A DNA stretch of 64,000 bases from Craspedostauros australis (taxonomy: Eukaryota). Below are positions 21,182-34,900 of the stretch, in pieces. The notes below the pieces were generated by a model. The model saw only the letters and a list, made by a program, of their open reading frames with translations, searched no databases and was not told the DNA's origin. The translations under genes and the position numbers were made by a program. How positions within the stretch are numbered: the stretch's first letter is position 1; every line of letters begins with the position of its first letter. Location: assembly GCA_030167865.1 (NCBI GenBank), contig JALAGF010001309.1, forward strand, positions 1 through 64,000. Direction: 5' to 3'.

Positions 21182-22987
21182 ATGGCTTTCGGAGAAGACA
21201 ATGCCCCGAGGTTTCGAGCCAAGGTGACCTTCATGAAGACCTGGAAGCCAGCAAGCCAGCCTTCGGTGCGTCATCCCCCAGAACCATACTCGACTTGCTT
21301 GGCATCGTCATGACTCTCCTTGTCTTGGAATGAGCCTCATTTCTCACATGTCATCCTTGCATATCTCTCTTTCTGCCTTGGCTGTCGCGACCACCTGGGT
21401 TGATTTCGTATCGGCCCACTTCGCATTTCTTCGCTCTCCTTTGGTGCTTCAAACCTCCGCTCGATGTCTGCCCTGGATTCCATGCAATGGGATATGCCCA
21501 TCGTGCACACGCGTGCTCTTCTTCAAATACTGTCCATGAACTGACCATGAACTACCCATGAACTATCCATAAACTGTCCATGCGTGTGGGCGGGCACCTT
21601 GCACGTTGGATCACAGAACCGCGACCGTTTGGAGCTTTACGCATTGCACAAGCAGGCCATCAGCGGCGATGCGCCATCGACCATGACGTCCGTGGTGATG
21701 AATTCGGCACCCGAAAAGGCCAAGTACCAGGCATGGAAGTTGAAGCAGGGGACACCCGCGCAGGAGGCCATGGAACAGTACGTTCGGGAGTCGGACCGTC
21801 AAATTCGGGTGTACGGCACCGCATCGTCAGGTGGTGCAGTAGTCAGCGTGGGCAACAATGACAACAACGCCACAACAACGACCATCATCTCTCAAAATCA
21901 AAATGTGAACGGGAATCAGCTGGCGCAGAGCAAGCAGGATCCATCCGGCAAGTCATCCAACCCGCAAACACCGCTCAACACGCCCAATGCCAGCGAAGCC
22001 TCCAACGCGATAGATGGGAATGGAGCGGCCGGTGGCGGCGGAAACGGCGGAACCAACGTCAACAGTGGCAGCAACAACAGCGGCAACAACGGAGCTGCCG
22101 GAGGAGCGGCCGGTGGCAGTGGATCATCCGCGAATCAATCGGTGCCCACCGCAACCTCGCGCGGCTTGGCTGCCATCCCGTTGCTCTGCGCTGCCGCGGG
22201 AGAGTCGCGACCAGGCTACATTCGACGCCTGGGACAGACCCCGTCAGTCGACCATGGTTGGTGGAAGCGGCAGGAGGTGCTCTGTTCGTCGCAGGGATCC
22301 ATCATGGCCATCCCGGAATCGATCCTTCTCTTCGTGGCGAGGTTGGTGGAATTCATCAGTTTGGCCGGACAGGAGGAGATTCTCAAACGTCAACGCTGGC
22401 AGCAGCAGGAGCGCACGCGACAGCAGCAGAGCGCATTGGTGCAGAGCAGCGCCACATCCGGCACCGCGACCCGCGCAAATCCAAGACCGCCAGGTCCGTC
22501 CCTGCCGGTCCAGCTCCTCATGATCTTCCCATCTCCCATCGTGCAGGCGTTCTTGTGGCCGGTGCACAACTGCCTCCTCAGTCTCTGGATGGCCATCATC
22601 CTGGTCATCTCCCTGGTCTCCGGCGCATGGCGATGCCTGCAAACCCTCATTTGGGGTGCCCGTCGCACGGGCATCGCCCTGCGCACAGTGTGGCAATCCG
22701 AAATCCAAGACGCCACGCAGGCCATCCACTCGCTGTGCCAGCCCTACCAGGCCATCTCCTGCCGTCTCGTGGGGCTCGTCCTCCTCCCCATCTCCACCAT
22801 CGTTGGGATCTTCCGTGGCATCCTGGGGGATTCCTCCGTCACCCTCACCTCCATGGGCTTCACCATGGTCATGATGGCAACATGGTGGTACTGGACCATC
22901 TGTCTGCCATGGCTCGCCTTGTGCATGCTGGGAGCTGCACTCGCCAGCGGCACCTGCTTCGCGCTGATCGAGTTTGCGGGCGTCTAA
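21182..22987 (+). CDS. Acyl-CoA-binding (ACB) domain protein with C-terminal transmembrane segments; exons 21182-21265, 21617-22987 (484 aa)
   Basis: A phase-0 intron (GTGCGT..CAG) joins F...V.FMK..KPASQPS to NRDRLELYALHKQA..GD...EKAKYQAW...G....EAME.YV, giving a complete ACBP fold. A Gly/Asn-rich linker and several hydrophobic helices follow. Confidence 0.85.
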
Positions 22988-23695
22988 AATGAACGAACGT
23001 AGGGATCACGGCTGACTTCAGCATGATGAACAGCACAGTGTCGCGACGGTGAACTGCACGCAGAATGAAAACCAAGCAATGCCAGGCACGTTGATGCGAA
23101 TACACATGCGGACATGGATGTGCGTTCTTGTGAGCAGGCCATGCTCGTGAATGCTCGTTGAGTAGGAGTGCTCACTTAAGTGCATATGCATGTGCAGATA
23201 GTATCATCAGAAACCCTCATTCAACACGAGTCCACCCTTCCCCACGAACCACTTCTATTGGTATTCCACACCCTCGAGGACCGCAGCACGTCGTTAAGAG
23301 GGGCCAAAAGCCCGACTGTAGACATGTCGATAAACACAACCGAATTTCATTTTACATCCCTCTGGAGCTCTTCCAACTCTCTCTCTTGCTACGAGTTGAG
23401 AGACGCTATCGTTGTTCCCATCATTGCTCCGTCGCGCCCTTGACACATCTACGTACATGTACCCTGCACGAAATGGCGTGGTGTGGAATGGGACGATTGC
23501 GTGCTGGCTGCATGACGCAACCTCTTGCGAGTCTTGCTCGCTCTTCAGACTCTTATCATTTTTCCTTCTCTTCGAGCAAAGTAGTAGCGTACAGGTGCAC
23601 ACATAGATAGAAGAACATGAAAGGTGGAGCGAGCTACAATGTGTATTACAATAGAGTATACGAATCCATACCACAAGTTGGCCTGCTCTGCTGCA

Positions 23696-24640
23696 TCATT
23701 CGCCATCTGCCGTCGCGATGACGGCAACGAAAGGATCGCCGCCGATGCCGCCCGCCGACATGAGCTGCTGGAGGAACCCAGAGCCATCACCCACAACCTC
23801 GATGCTGTCCATGTCGTATCCGCCCGCCGCGGCGAAGTAGCTCTTGATCAGGCCCGTGCGTTCCAGCATTCCTCGTTCGATCCATCCCGTCAACGCTTTC
23901 TGATAAAAGAACCGGTTCGAAAAGCTGATGATGCATTTGCCAGTGTTGGGCTTGAGAACGCGCCGCACTTCGGCCAGCACAGCTTCGGGATTTTGGATGT
24001 ATTGGATGCCCACCGTACACAGCACTGCATCGTATTCCGCGCTGTCCAATCCCATCAAGGAAGGATTGTCATTGAAATCTCGCACCATGGCTTGGCCTTG
24101 CGTGATGCTGCGCCACGGATTGGATCGCAATTCTTCCAAGTTCATGCCATGGACGTCGACGCGGCGGTATTTCAACGTGGTGGGCAGATGGGAGACGTGC
24201 GAGGAGCACAGATCCAGGATCGTGCCATTCTGCACGAGGTGATCTTGGTAGGTGGCCTTCAATTTTTGCACGAAGGGCGAGTCGATGTGAATTACGAATT
24301 TGGGCTCCGTGTAGAACATGGAGTCTGGGCGCGTGTCGATCTTGGAGCGGTCCAGCGACTTGACGAGACCGATGGGAGCCCTGCGGATCGCGACATTGCT
24401 CGTGGATGTCGATGATGCCCTTCCTCGCCTATACCACGAGTCTGACACTTCGGCTGGGGTAGTGGCGGTGCGCAGTCCGACGGTTTGGCCTGGAGCGGGA
24501 GTTGGGGATGTCGAAGTTGTTGTCGGCTTCAACGGACGCCTGGAACGTCTGAGGAAGGAGGGGAATGAAAATGCGGCTGTTCCTTGCATTTCATGAGCCA
24601 CAAGGACGAGCAGCAACACATGCAGCTTCATCATCAACAT
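23696..24640 (-). CDS. SAM-dependent methyltransferase (type 11-like, cyanobacterial/plant family), probably plastid-targeted
   Basis: K.D..PD..FY..P.FV.HID, ILDLCSSHVSHLP, GMN..EL..N, D.N..P.L, YDAVLCTVGIQY...PE.V..E..RVLKP and IISFSNR.F..KA motifs. The signal peptide ends TAA|FSFP (ASAFAP-like), followed by an R/S/T-rich transit peptide. An alternative ATG lies near 24760. Confidence 0.85.
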   Translation of the reverse strand: MLMMKLHVLLLVLVAHEMQGTAAFSFPSFLRRSRRPLKPTTTSTSPTPAPGQTVGLRTATTPAEVSDSWYRRGRASSTSTSNVAIRRAPIGLVKSLDRSKIDTRPDSMFYTEPKFVIHIDSPFVQKLKATYQDHLVQNGTILDLCSSHVSHLPTTLKYRRVDVHGMNLEELRSNPWRSITQGQAMVRDFNDNPSLMGLDSAEYDAVLCTVGIQYIQNPEAVLAEVRRVLKPNTGKCIISFSNRFFYQKALTGWIERGMLERTGLIKSYFAAAGGYDMDSIEVVGDGSGFLQQLMSAGGIGGDPFVAVIATADGE

Positions 24641-26665
24641 GGGCGATGGGCGGTTCCTCCTTCCAGATGTTAACCGTGATGGAGGCGCCAATGTTGACGG
24701 CGACACCCACGCAATCTGCTGCTCCGTTTTCTGTCGATTCCTTCTGTGTTGGTCGATCATGGTGGAAGCGTGCGGATCTCTCTTGCTCTGTACGTATGTA
24801 TGTGTATGTATGTGCGCGTTTGTATGGTAGGAATGGCATGAAAGGTATGCAGCTCTTTGCTTTGACAGGAGTATGCAGTATGATCGAATGGCTGTATGTG
24901 CGACAAGGAGAGGGGACTTGTGAGAGAGTGAAGTCAAGTGAAGCCAAGTCAGTGCTGTTGCTGTTAATGGTGATGTCGTTGTTGCTCCTGTGGTGGGTTG
25001 TCTTGTGATTCCGGCAGTGATGTTGTTTGCTGGAACTGGGCAGTTGGCATCGAAAATGTGACAACCAGCGCAGCGATAGTTTCTCCGCGGTTGTTCGTCG
25101 TTCGTGGCAGGCACCTTCCTCGATGAGTACCGTGGGACCCGACGTACCTGAACTTGTTGGATACCGCACAACCAAGATCAACATCGCATCACATGCAGGG
25201 AGTTGAAAGAGTCAGGCAATTGGTGTTGGCGTTGGTGTTGGCGGTGTCGGAAGAGACGATGTCACCGTTGACTCCACTGCCCGTATGTACCTACGCCATG
25301 GTCGCTGCCACCGTCGCCATCCTCATCACATCGACAGAAGAATGATGACACCTCCTTCGCGCGTCGATTCTCCATTCCTCTTTCTCTTGTTCCGTGGTGT
25401 TGGTTTGCTTACTCAGCAGCGCGCGTTTTGCCTCATTTTCTCCATTCTTTTGTGCCATGCCCGTGTTTGATTGGTTGCGGTAATTTGATTCGTGGATGCT
25501 CAACCCGTATCTGGATCTGAGTGAATATTTTGTAATACTTACTTATTCCAGTTTGTATCCTATGCGGTTTAACAATTCATTCCACCGGAGATCCCACGAT
25601 TTAGTCCAAGTCGTGGGAATGTGCGAGGTCGATTTCAGTTTTTCATTCGTGCATATCCAACGTCACACAAATCGTGATCGACTTGGTGTGTTCGCTGGAC
25701 TCATCTGTTTGCACAACACCAAAACAGTGGAACAGAAGGAACAACAACTCGCGAAGGTGAGCACATGCTCCTGCGCATCGAGTACGAACAGAGCGGAGCA
25801 AAATGATCACGTCCCAGAAACATGACACCCCACGCACAACCCCGTGGCGTTACGACTATGAGTCTGCGCCCGCGTGTCGTTGACAGACGAGGGACGAGTG
25901 ATGAGGTAGCTACGGGCACGCTCCGCTGCGCTCCAATGTGCATGGACGAGACTGGGCCATCCTATTATATAATATTGTACTATTTTCCTGACTTGGCCTC
26001 CAAGACTAGTCGTACATACGAGAAAAGCAATCACAGCAACCTCCAGATTCTGCCTTCTGTGCTTCGTGGTGAACCTGTATTGTGGGCAGACACGGCACGG
26101 TGACAGCGGATCTACCACACAGAGACAGCGGATCAGTCTTCGACAACGAGGCCCATTGCTGATTGCGCATCCCAACATGGGCATGGCCGCATCGACTCCG
26201 CATGAAATGAAATTCGATCATGGGCAAGCGAGAGAACAGTCGAGAGGACGGTCGCAAGCGACACGATAAGGAGTTGTCCTGACACTCCAGTCCCAGAGGA
26301 TCTCAAAAAGGAGCGCTAGCAGTTTGGTGAGGGTACCTAGTTGATCAGAGAACTATTGTACCTCCAAGTATTCTCGGAATAGAACATGACAGTCTTGCAT
26401 TGTCTTCATGACAGGATGGACAACATAGCTCGTACTCGCACCCCTTCGATCTGTTCACCGTTTCTTTTGGCCATGTGCGTCACCCAAGTTTTCTGATTTC
26501 TGTTTGTTGCCTTCTGCGAACAGACACGAGCAAGGTAGAGCAACAGAAATGGAGGCGCATGCGACAGGGACGGACGGCCTGAGGGCAGGCAAATGAGCAC
26601 CGCTACCGAGCGAATTACTTGAGTACTAGTCTAGGGAGAAGTAGGGTGTCGATATCATCCCAGAA

Positions 26666-27697
26666 TCACTGCCCGGCCTTCACGCCGGAGGCTGCCGCCG
26701 CGGCGAGCTTCTGCTGCCGTCGCTCCTTGGCGCCATCGATCAACCCCTCGAGCTGGTCATTGCGGGCGAGCTCCTTCAACAAAGATACGCATAGTGGGAC
26801 GTAGTTGTGCTTTCGCCTTTGATTCTCGAGCTTCCACTGCGCACGCTTGGCCTCTTCTTCCTCCAACTGCGCCATGACGGCATCTTTGTCGTTGGATTCA
26901 GCTTCCTTGGAACGCAAGAGGATTCGCTTGTCTTGGAGGACGGCCATGCAATTGAACTGGATGGCGTCGGTGTTTTGCATCCGAGTCTGAAGGGCCTGAC
27001 GTGCAACCTCGATCCATTCACCGCCCGTCGGAGTTGCTCCGTCGCTGGGCGCCGGAATCTCGCCCGTGACGATTGGGCCTGATTGCAATCCATCCAATTC
27101 ATACACCTTCCCATCATGAGGCACGTAGGCCACGAAATGATAGACCTCCTTGGAGTCTTCGTTGCGCAATGGGCTGACGTACTTGCCGTCGTGGAGGAAT
27201 GCATCGGACTTTCCGTATGAGTTGTGCACCTTTTGGATCGTCTCCTGCGATGATATGGCGACGCCCTTCAGCTGCGGTGGAAAGTCCGCGGTGAAATCCG
27301 AAAATTCCGACAAGGTGGGTCCGAGTTCCTCGGCGGACAAGCCAGCATTCAGGACGATGCTCAGCACGGCCTGTGTCGCGCATGCGTTCGTGGCGACCTG
27401 ATGCGCAAAGAAGAGTTTGTCTGGGATTTGCGATTCCGCCAACGGGGTCTTGTCAGCGCCGCCACTGGACGACGATGCAGCCGATGCCTGGCTCCGGCTT
27501 TGCCATTGGAAGAGGAAGATGAAGCCATACACCGATCCGGTTGACGCCTTCAGCTGCTCGATGGATCCTTCATCCAACGACCAGAGTTCTTGGAATTCCA
27601 CTGTCTTGCACCCCAGTTCTTCCAAAAGCTCCGTGAACACGCCAGGATCACTCTCGATCGTGCACCAGTCGTCGCTGTTGCCTGCCGTGCCAGCCAT
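26666..27697 (-). CDS. UCHL5: Ubiquitin C-terminal hydrolase UCH37/UCHL5 (peptidase C12)
   Basis: WCTIESDPGVFTEL, Q...NACATQA (catalytic Cys), YHFVAYVP (His), YELDGL (Asp) and the C-terminal ULD motif EN.RRKHNY.P. Start at ATG 27697. Confidence 0.95.
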   Translation of the reverse strand: MAGTAGNSDDWCTIESDPGVFTELLEELGCKTVEFQELWSLDEGSIEQLKASTGSVYGFIFLFQWQSRSQASAASSSSGGADKTPLAESQIPDKLFFAHQVATNACATQAVLSIVLNAGLSAEELGPTLSEFSDFTADFPPQLKGVAISSQETIQKVHNSYGKSDAFLHDGKYVSPLRNEDSKEVYHFVAYVPHDGKVYELDGLQSGPIVTGEIPAPSDGATPTGGEWIEVARQALQTRMQNTDAIQFNCMAVLQDKRILLRSKEAESNDKDAVMAQLEEEEAKRAQWKLENQRRKHNYVPLCVSLLKELARNDQLEGLIDGAKERRQQKLAAAAASGVKAGQ

Positions 27698-29299
27698 CCT
27701 GTTTCGTTGTTCGTCACTTGTTGTTGATTCCGCGCGCTCCGCTCTTTCGTGCGAGTGAATGGTACAAGTAGAAGTGCTTTTCTCCGCGTTTCCACTGCGA
27801 CGAGAGATATACTCCAGCAAAACAGAACTGTCGAACGAGACAGAGAGGCGCTGCTTCTTCTACTCTTCGAACACTGCGTTTGCTTGTTGCTGGAGACTTG
27901 TTTGGCTTCTGTGGGTGCGGTCCGTGCACTGCGGGTAAGTAGAACCTATTGTAAGTACCAATCCTCGTACCCAGTGGTCTGACGTCTGACGGCTGTGGGA
28001 ACCCGAGGTACCGGGCAACCAAGTCGAAGGATCGTCTCTTCGCCTTTCTCGTGGGTATACCAGTGGGATCTCTCGTGGGTCTGGCTTCTTCTGCTGCCTG
28101 CCTCGTTATCTGTTTCACCGATTTACCCTTGGGTCCAACGACGGTTGACTCTGTCGCCCAGCTGGATACTCGTGCGTCCGTGCAATACGTAGGTACGTCT
28201 GATCGGCCACGCGCGGAGATCTGTCTTGTCCTCGTGTTTGTTCTGGTCCCTCGTTGGCGTGGATCGCAAATTCCCCACTGTGGCTGTCTTGTTGGTGTTG
28301 GTGTTGTGTTTTGTTGGTTTCCTGTGATCTCTTCGTCCGCCTTGTTCTCCTCCCGATCAGTGCAAAGACACATGTTTTTGGCTCCAGGATCTTCACGGCC
28401 GGATGACGGCCAGAATCCGCCCCAACGAGAGGGTTCGGATTCGATACATCGATCTTCGCCAGTCTTGTTAAATCTTGCAAAGCCCCATCAACTCGCAAAG
28501 TACCCGGAAGGTACCGGCATGAGTTCGGTATGTCCAGGCAAGGTACTCTTGGTGTACTCTACATAGCGATCCTTTGCAGTAATCTATCGCAACCAGCCGC
28601 GCTTGTACAAATCAGGGCATCGACAATCCCACTCCATTATGGCCGTTGCTATTGAACTCACCCAACAACCAAGTTGCGAATGAGAGTACTAATCAGAGTA
28701 CGATTGCGAGTACTCTATCTCTCTCTGGAGACGAAATGGCGTGATACGTATTGCAGACACCAGCTCATTTCAAGATGCTTCTCCCTTGGTGCGAGCTGGT
28801 AGAATGCGCTATTATTATGCTCTACTCTACCACACTCTGGACATGCGCTGCTCCATACAAGAACGTGCCACGAGCCTTAGCTTCCCTGCTCTGCCAGGTC
28901 CAACGCTCCATTCATCAATACTCTAGTTCAGGATCGAGCACGAAACAGCGCGATAGACTATTGCGTTTCACACAGCAGAGCAACACGATGGCCAGAGGCG
29001 ATGATCCATTGCCGCGCCCGTCACCAACTCTCCCCCAAGAGTGAGTGAGTGAGTGAGAAAGAGAGAGAGTCCTTGGTGAGTGCACTTTTGAGCACCCCAT
29101 GCCCTGCGCTTTGGTTTGGCCTTTTGATCTTTGGCTCTGACTCTGACCCTGCTACTCCCACTCGGAGCTCATGGCTTGTGGCTCTTGGCCCATAGCTCGT
29201 TTGTGTTCATGCGTCCAGTCATAAAAATGGTACCTCCCATACATACGAGCTACCGCGCGGGTACGACTACGATAGTCAGTGTACTCAGAAATTGAGTTA

Positions 29300-30800
29300 C
29301 CACCGCTAAGGGGATGATTGTTGCTGCTGGGCATTCGTCTCGTCTGAACGACAAAACGTTTGCAGTTCCAATCCGGATGTTGGCGCGTGTCCCCACATGA
29401 CAAGCCCCTCGTGATTGTTTGTTGATGGTGAAGCGTTCATCATGATGTTGATGGCCATGGCTCTGATGGCATCAAAAGCGCTGCTGTGAAGCTCTTTGAA
29501 GGATGTTGATACCGACCGGACCTCCAACGCAGTCCCGATGGTGGCGATGGACATTGCAATAGCAATACTTCTCGTGGAGGCGCAGCTTGATTGTTTCCAC
29601 CAGTGATTTGGAAGTTCTCGCTGGTCACTTCCTTCGTCTTTCGCCGTCCTTCATCGTTCTTCTCCAGGCGTGTGACTTTTTGTTTCTGATTGCAGGCGTG
29701 ATCTTGTTCGCCATCCAAGTAGCGTCATTACCAGCTCTGTTCCAGCTCTCTGCCACACACATCAATACGATTACTGCGCAGAGCACTTTCTCTGGAGGAT
29801 ACGATGACACAGTGCCACATTAACTCGTACACACAGGTACGAACTACGATACGGACGCACACCACCTCGCGCGGGATGTTTGTGCTCGTGCGAGCCGTGC
29901 TCGGAGGAACAAGGTCAGCGAGAAGCACCTTCGTCTCGTACTCGCAAGATGGATTAACAAAGCAACAATCAACTCTGCTTATTGGAAGTGATACTCTGCG
30001 GCATATGGACAATCGCCTCGCGGCCGCTGCTGGCGCCGGCACTACCTGCGAACTAACGGAACTACGAGTCTGTCGATGCGGTTGTACCCTTACTCATACT
30101 CGTCCACGACTGTGTGAGCGTCGGGACCACCCAGGACGCGCAGAGATGAATTTGGAGCGGCGACTTTGTGAGTGTTTTGTGTGTCCACGGGGCGCAGGGC
30201 ACAGCACACAAAGACGCGAAACTCTTTGCGGTGGTTGCGTTGATTGCGTTGGCTTTGTCCCTTGGATAGGAAGGCGATGGAAAAATTAGGCGCAAAATGA
30301 TTGCGCAGCACATTCATCCCTTGTCGTGCCCCACAAGAGTACAAGCCCACCGTGTCGCATGGAATCCAAATGTGGCTACCTGGCGCTGTCTGACTGCGCC
30401 ATTGCGTTGTTTGTTTATCGACGTGATTGCAGTTTATAGCGGTGACAATTTGTTGTTTGGATCTTCGCGACTACTGGTGTTTGTGTCATCAGCGAGGGAT
30501 ACTTCAGAGGGCATGTGTGTGCCACAATCGCGCAGAAAGAGAAAGGGAAAACGAAGTATCGGTGACGCTCTGTGATCGTTTGTGACTCAGACAGAATAGC
30601 TCGTCAGCCCATTGTTCATCCCCCTTCCAAGTTGAACGTTCTGCTTTTGCAATTGCTGTCCCTCAGTGCAAAGGAAAGTTCGTTTCTGGTCGCGGATCGG
30701 CATCGAATTGGGCTCTGATCTGCAGGACTTTTTGTCCAAGCCCTTCACTTCCGCCTTGATGTACACATCCCTGGTGCAGGGACCACATGTCATGCATAAA
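29300..30800 (-). pseudogene. Possible decayed DUF6824-like gene
   Basis: Fragments in different frames occur in the expected order: NVQLGRG (~30630), EYETKVLLADLV (~29920) and YPPEKVL...W....D.....KITPAIRNKK (29810-29680). They are interrupted by stops and the similarity is weak. Confidence 0.2.
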
Positions 30801-31933
30801 ACTACGGTGGTGGCTGATTGTCCGAATGTGGGTCGCTAAAAGGGCCGTGCGCTGCGGTGCTTCTCCCCAAAAGACAATTCGTCCACGAAGCACCTCTCCC
30901 TTTGTTGGGCGGGTATCACAGCAGCTGAAAGTTCCGAAGCGAGTTAACCTCTTCGGATGCAACAGATTGCCCGTGGCGTTTGGTGTGAGGTTCTTCCCGT
31001 TTCCAGTTTTTCCGGCTCACCCTCGTTCTGCTCCATTGCCAAGTCCGTGTCTCGCGTCTCTGTGTTCCCGCGGACAGTTGTGCGTTTGTGATGTGCGTTT
31101 GTGATGCACGAGGATGTTGGTCTACTCTGCTATACCCCACCGTACTGTGCCATCCATGTTGGTATGTATTGGCATCGCCTCCGTATTTGGCATGTGCCGC
31201 GCATCTGCTACCAATCGAGGTACAGGACAGGGCAGAAGTAGACGCAGAAGAAGAGGCGGAAGAGGAAGGAATCGCTCGCACCCCTCCGCCACCTCCACGA
31301 AGAGAGAGGGTCCACGAACATCAAGGATAGGAGCAATATTGTCATTGGCGTTGTCCCATCCGCCCAAGGCTGGTACCTTTGTCGGTGCTGTGGTTAGGCA
31401 CATCTTCGCACAAAGGCGTGAAGTGAAGACTGCGAACACAGATAGGAACACATCTGCGTGCGTGGATGCGCGTGCGTGGATGCACCTGCGTGTGCACGTG
31501 GATACAGAGGTTCGTTTGCGACGACTGGCGGTGGGAAAGCACGCACACAAACACACAGTGGAACAAAGAACACTACACAACCAGTTCGAGCCACCGAAGG
31601 AGGGCGCATCACCCGACACAGAAAAGAAATCGCACACAAATCGAGCAGCAGATAATATACGAGCAGTAAGTACATGTGAATACGTGCAAGAGAGAGGGAG
31701 AGAGACAGACAGACTGGGAAACAAGCGTACGAGAAGAGCGCGGGTATCGAAAGCATCCACGCACAACACCAACTGACACAACAACTCAAATCACAACTCA
31801 CATCACAACTCTTTCCTCTTTTATGGCGTGTGTACGTACAAGAACCGGTATCATAGATCGACCGAGGTTGACCAATTCATCATCTTTCCAACCTGCAACA
31901 TCGAGAGCGACCGCAGGTACTTCTCTGTTCAAG

Positions 31934-34900
31934 ATGCAGCAGCCGATTGGGAGAGTCAAGAGAGAAAATGATGACAGTGCGAACGACAGGAATAACAACG
32001 ACGACGGAGGAATCAACCAATTTGGCGATGACATCTGGGACACATCCACCGCGAATGCTGATCGCATTCGAAGCGAAAGTGAGCAGCGACGGCACGCCAT
32101 TTCCGTGTCAGTGAATCATCCTGATCCAACCACGTACAGCCAAGCTCATGTCGCCGAATGGCAATCCTCGCTGGGTTCAACCCTAGCTCAGGCGGAGGCG
32201 GAGGCCATGGACGAACATCCTGGGAATATCCGTCAGATCCGCAGATCAAGATCGGTTGACTCTGCTTACAGTGCCAGCCTACCACGATCGACCACGGTGC
32301 AAGAGCAATGTGCATCCATTGCCATGTCAAGGCAGGAAGCGCAGGCTCCCGCTCAGGGTGGATCAGTGACACGGCAAAGTGCTGCGAGTCGCTTTTCTGC
32401 ATCTTCGATGGCTGGCGAACAACCTGCAATGGCACACCGGACGACAGCATTGGTGGACAACACGGGCGGCGCTGTGAACTCTCCTCTACCATCGGCTCAG
32501 GCATGGCTAAACTATATGCAGCAGCAGCAGCAACAACAACAGCAACAGCAACAGCAGCAGCCACATAGCCAGTCTATATGGAATCAACCCAACGCCACGG
32601 CGTGGTCGTTGGCGCTGTCCCAACCCGCCATGCAGAATGCGGCCAACGATGCTTCGTTCGCGTCAGAGAGGCTGGACGCCTCCCCCAGAATGAGCATGCT
32701 CTTACCGAGTGCGGAAACTCCAACCAATGCACCGACAAATCCCGAGAACAGCGGCGCGGCGCCTTCGCCGCCACATCATTTTTCTCATCTTTCCATTTCT
32801 CGCGACGCGCTTCCAACAATTCGTTTGCGAGACACCCATGGCATCGGTACCAGCTCATTCGCCGGCATTAATCCTTCGTGGGCAGGAGCCAACATGCCAG
32901 CCACCAGGACTGCTCAAGGCAAATTGTCGCCTTCGGCGCGACTTTCTTGGGGGGCAAACTCCGCCGACCAAGAAAGGATCGCCACGCAGCCGATGACATT
33001 TTCGTCATTCATGAACAGAAGTGTGAACGACCTTCACCAGAATGCGAATCCCCCAGTGAAGCAACACCAAGACCAAGACCAGCACCACGACGATCGGCAG
33101 CTGCAACAACAACCGCAACAACAGTCACTACAACAGTCACAAGACAAAACATATCTGACGCGTGCTTATGACAGCCACGTCACCTCGAATGTCGGCCGGC
33201 ACCAGAAGATCTCACAAGCGCTGGCTTCTACGGCAGAGGCTCTCGCTCGCCCCAAGGAGCAGAACTCCCTCGAAAGACAGAAAAAGGGTGACGTTGGTGC
33301 AAGCACTGGCCTGCCGAAAAGGACCACTGTCAACGATGGCGCTGCTACTGCCACAGCTACTACCAGCGATGGCGCCGGTGGAACCTTGATGAAGCGTTCA
33401 CCCAAGCTCACAAACTCCTTAACACCTGCAGACCATGGGGGGTTAGGCATGGGATCAACTGATGGAGCCACCGACGCCGTCTTTGACCCCAACATGCCAT
33501 TCCCAGTCAAGCTGCACCACATCCTCTCTCAGGATGAGTTTTCGGACAGCATCACATGGCTGTCCCACGGACGAGCGTGGCGTGTCATGAAGCCACAGGT
33601 GCTTGAGCAGAAGGTTATGACAAAGTTCTTCCGTTCCGCCAAGTACGCTTCCTTCATGCGGCAAGTGAACGGGTGGGGATTCCGTCGGATCTTGAGCGGA
33701 CCAGACATCAATGCATACTACCATGAGGTGAGTCCGACCGCGACATATGTATGCCATTGTGGTGCAATCTTGTTGGCATGGATGCGTTCGTTTGAGCATG
33801 CTCGTGCGTACTATGCGTCGCCCATCGCTCGGTTGGATGTTGGCTTGGTGGCATTTGCATCCATTCGTCCTGGCTCGTTGACTTTCGTCCATTGCTTCGG
33901 TGCGAGCAAGGAGCCATTTTACGATCCAATCAAAGAACAGCAGCACTCGGGAACTTCGGTCCGCCACAAGTGTACACTCTATGAAGTGTCAAGGAGCCCT
34001 TCTCCTGAACAACATCAGCTACAACAGCAACAGCGTGCCGTCACCATCAGCTGCTACAATGATTCGCAATGTTTCAAGCACAATTTTCTCTCACTTTGTA
34101 CTTACACTTCTGTCGTCTGTTTGACTCGTGTAACTTCACTACTCCACGGGTACATCTGATCATCTATGCATCCATCCACTCCGTTGCATTGGTTGCCAAT
34201 CGGCGAATGGATGGATCAACCAATGAACCGATGAATCGATGAACCGATACATCAATGCATCCATGGATCCGCGCTGATAGCTGTTCTTGCGAGGATTGCC
34301 CAACATCTGCCTGAAGATGAAGCGATTGCCCCGTGGACAGGAGGCTATGTCGAGGGCCGCCCGCGACGCATCCACCGCTGGTAACCCACCCGACTTTTAC
34401 AGGTTGCACAAGCTGGCACCACTACCAGCCACGAAACGAGACGCACGAGAGCTTCAGCAAAAGAATGACTTGTCGGCACGGGTACATTCATCCACCAGCA
34501 GTAAGTCAACACTCGGAATTCCCGCCAAATATGCATGCAGCAAGCTTCGTTTGATTTCGGTGCACCATGACGTATCGGTATAGCACGAAAGCTGGAAAGT
34601 GAGAGTCGAAAGTCCAGCAGTCAACATGTGACTCAATTTGCTCACCAACCTCTTTGCTCCGGCAAACTTACTCGTTTCTATCCTACTCTGATGATGATTG
34701 CAATCATCACTAAATCAAACATCCGTTGTCCAATGCGATGCGTCTGCTTCCCAAACAGCAATGCCATTCACAACACAGCGCATGGGGAACATGTCAAGGC
34801 ACAACACAAACCTGCTAGAGTCTATCCTGCAACAAACGCAGAGCGGTCTCCCAGATGCCACTGACCACCTTGAGCGGCTTTTGGCGGAGCAAAGAGCAGG

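Noticed and set aside
33728-34159. In-frame read-through of HSF exon 1 (C-terminal part of the 827-aa ORF)
   Set aside because: This is intron sequence: the HSF domain resumes only after splicing to 34281 (YYHE-LFLRG).
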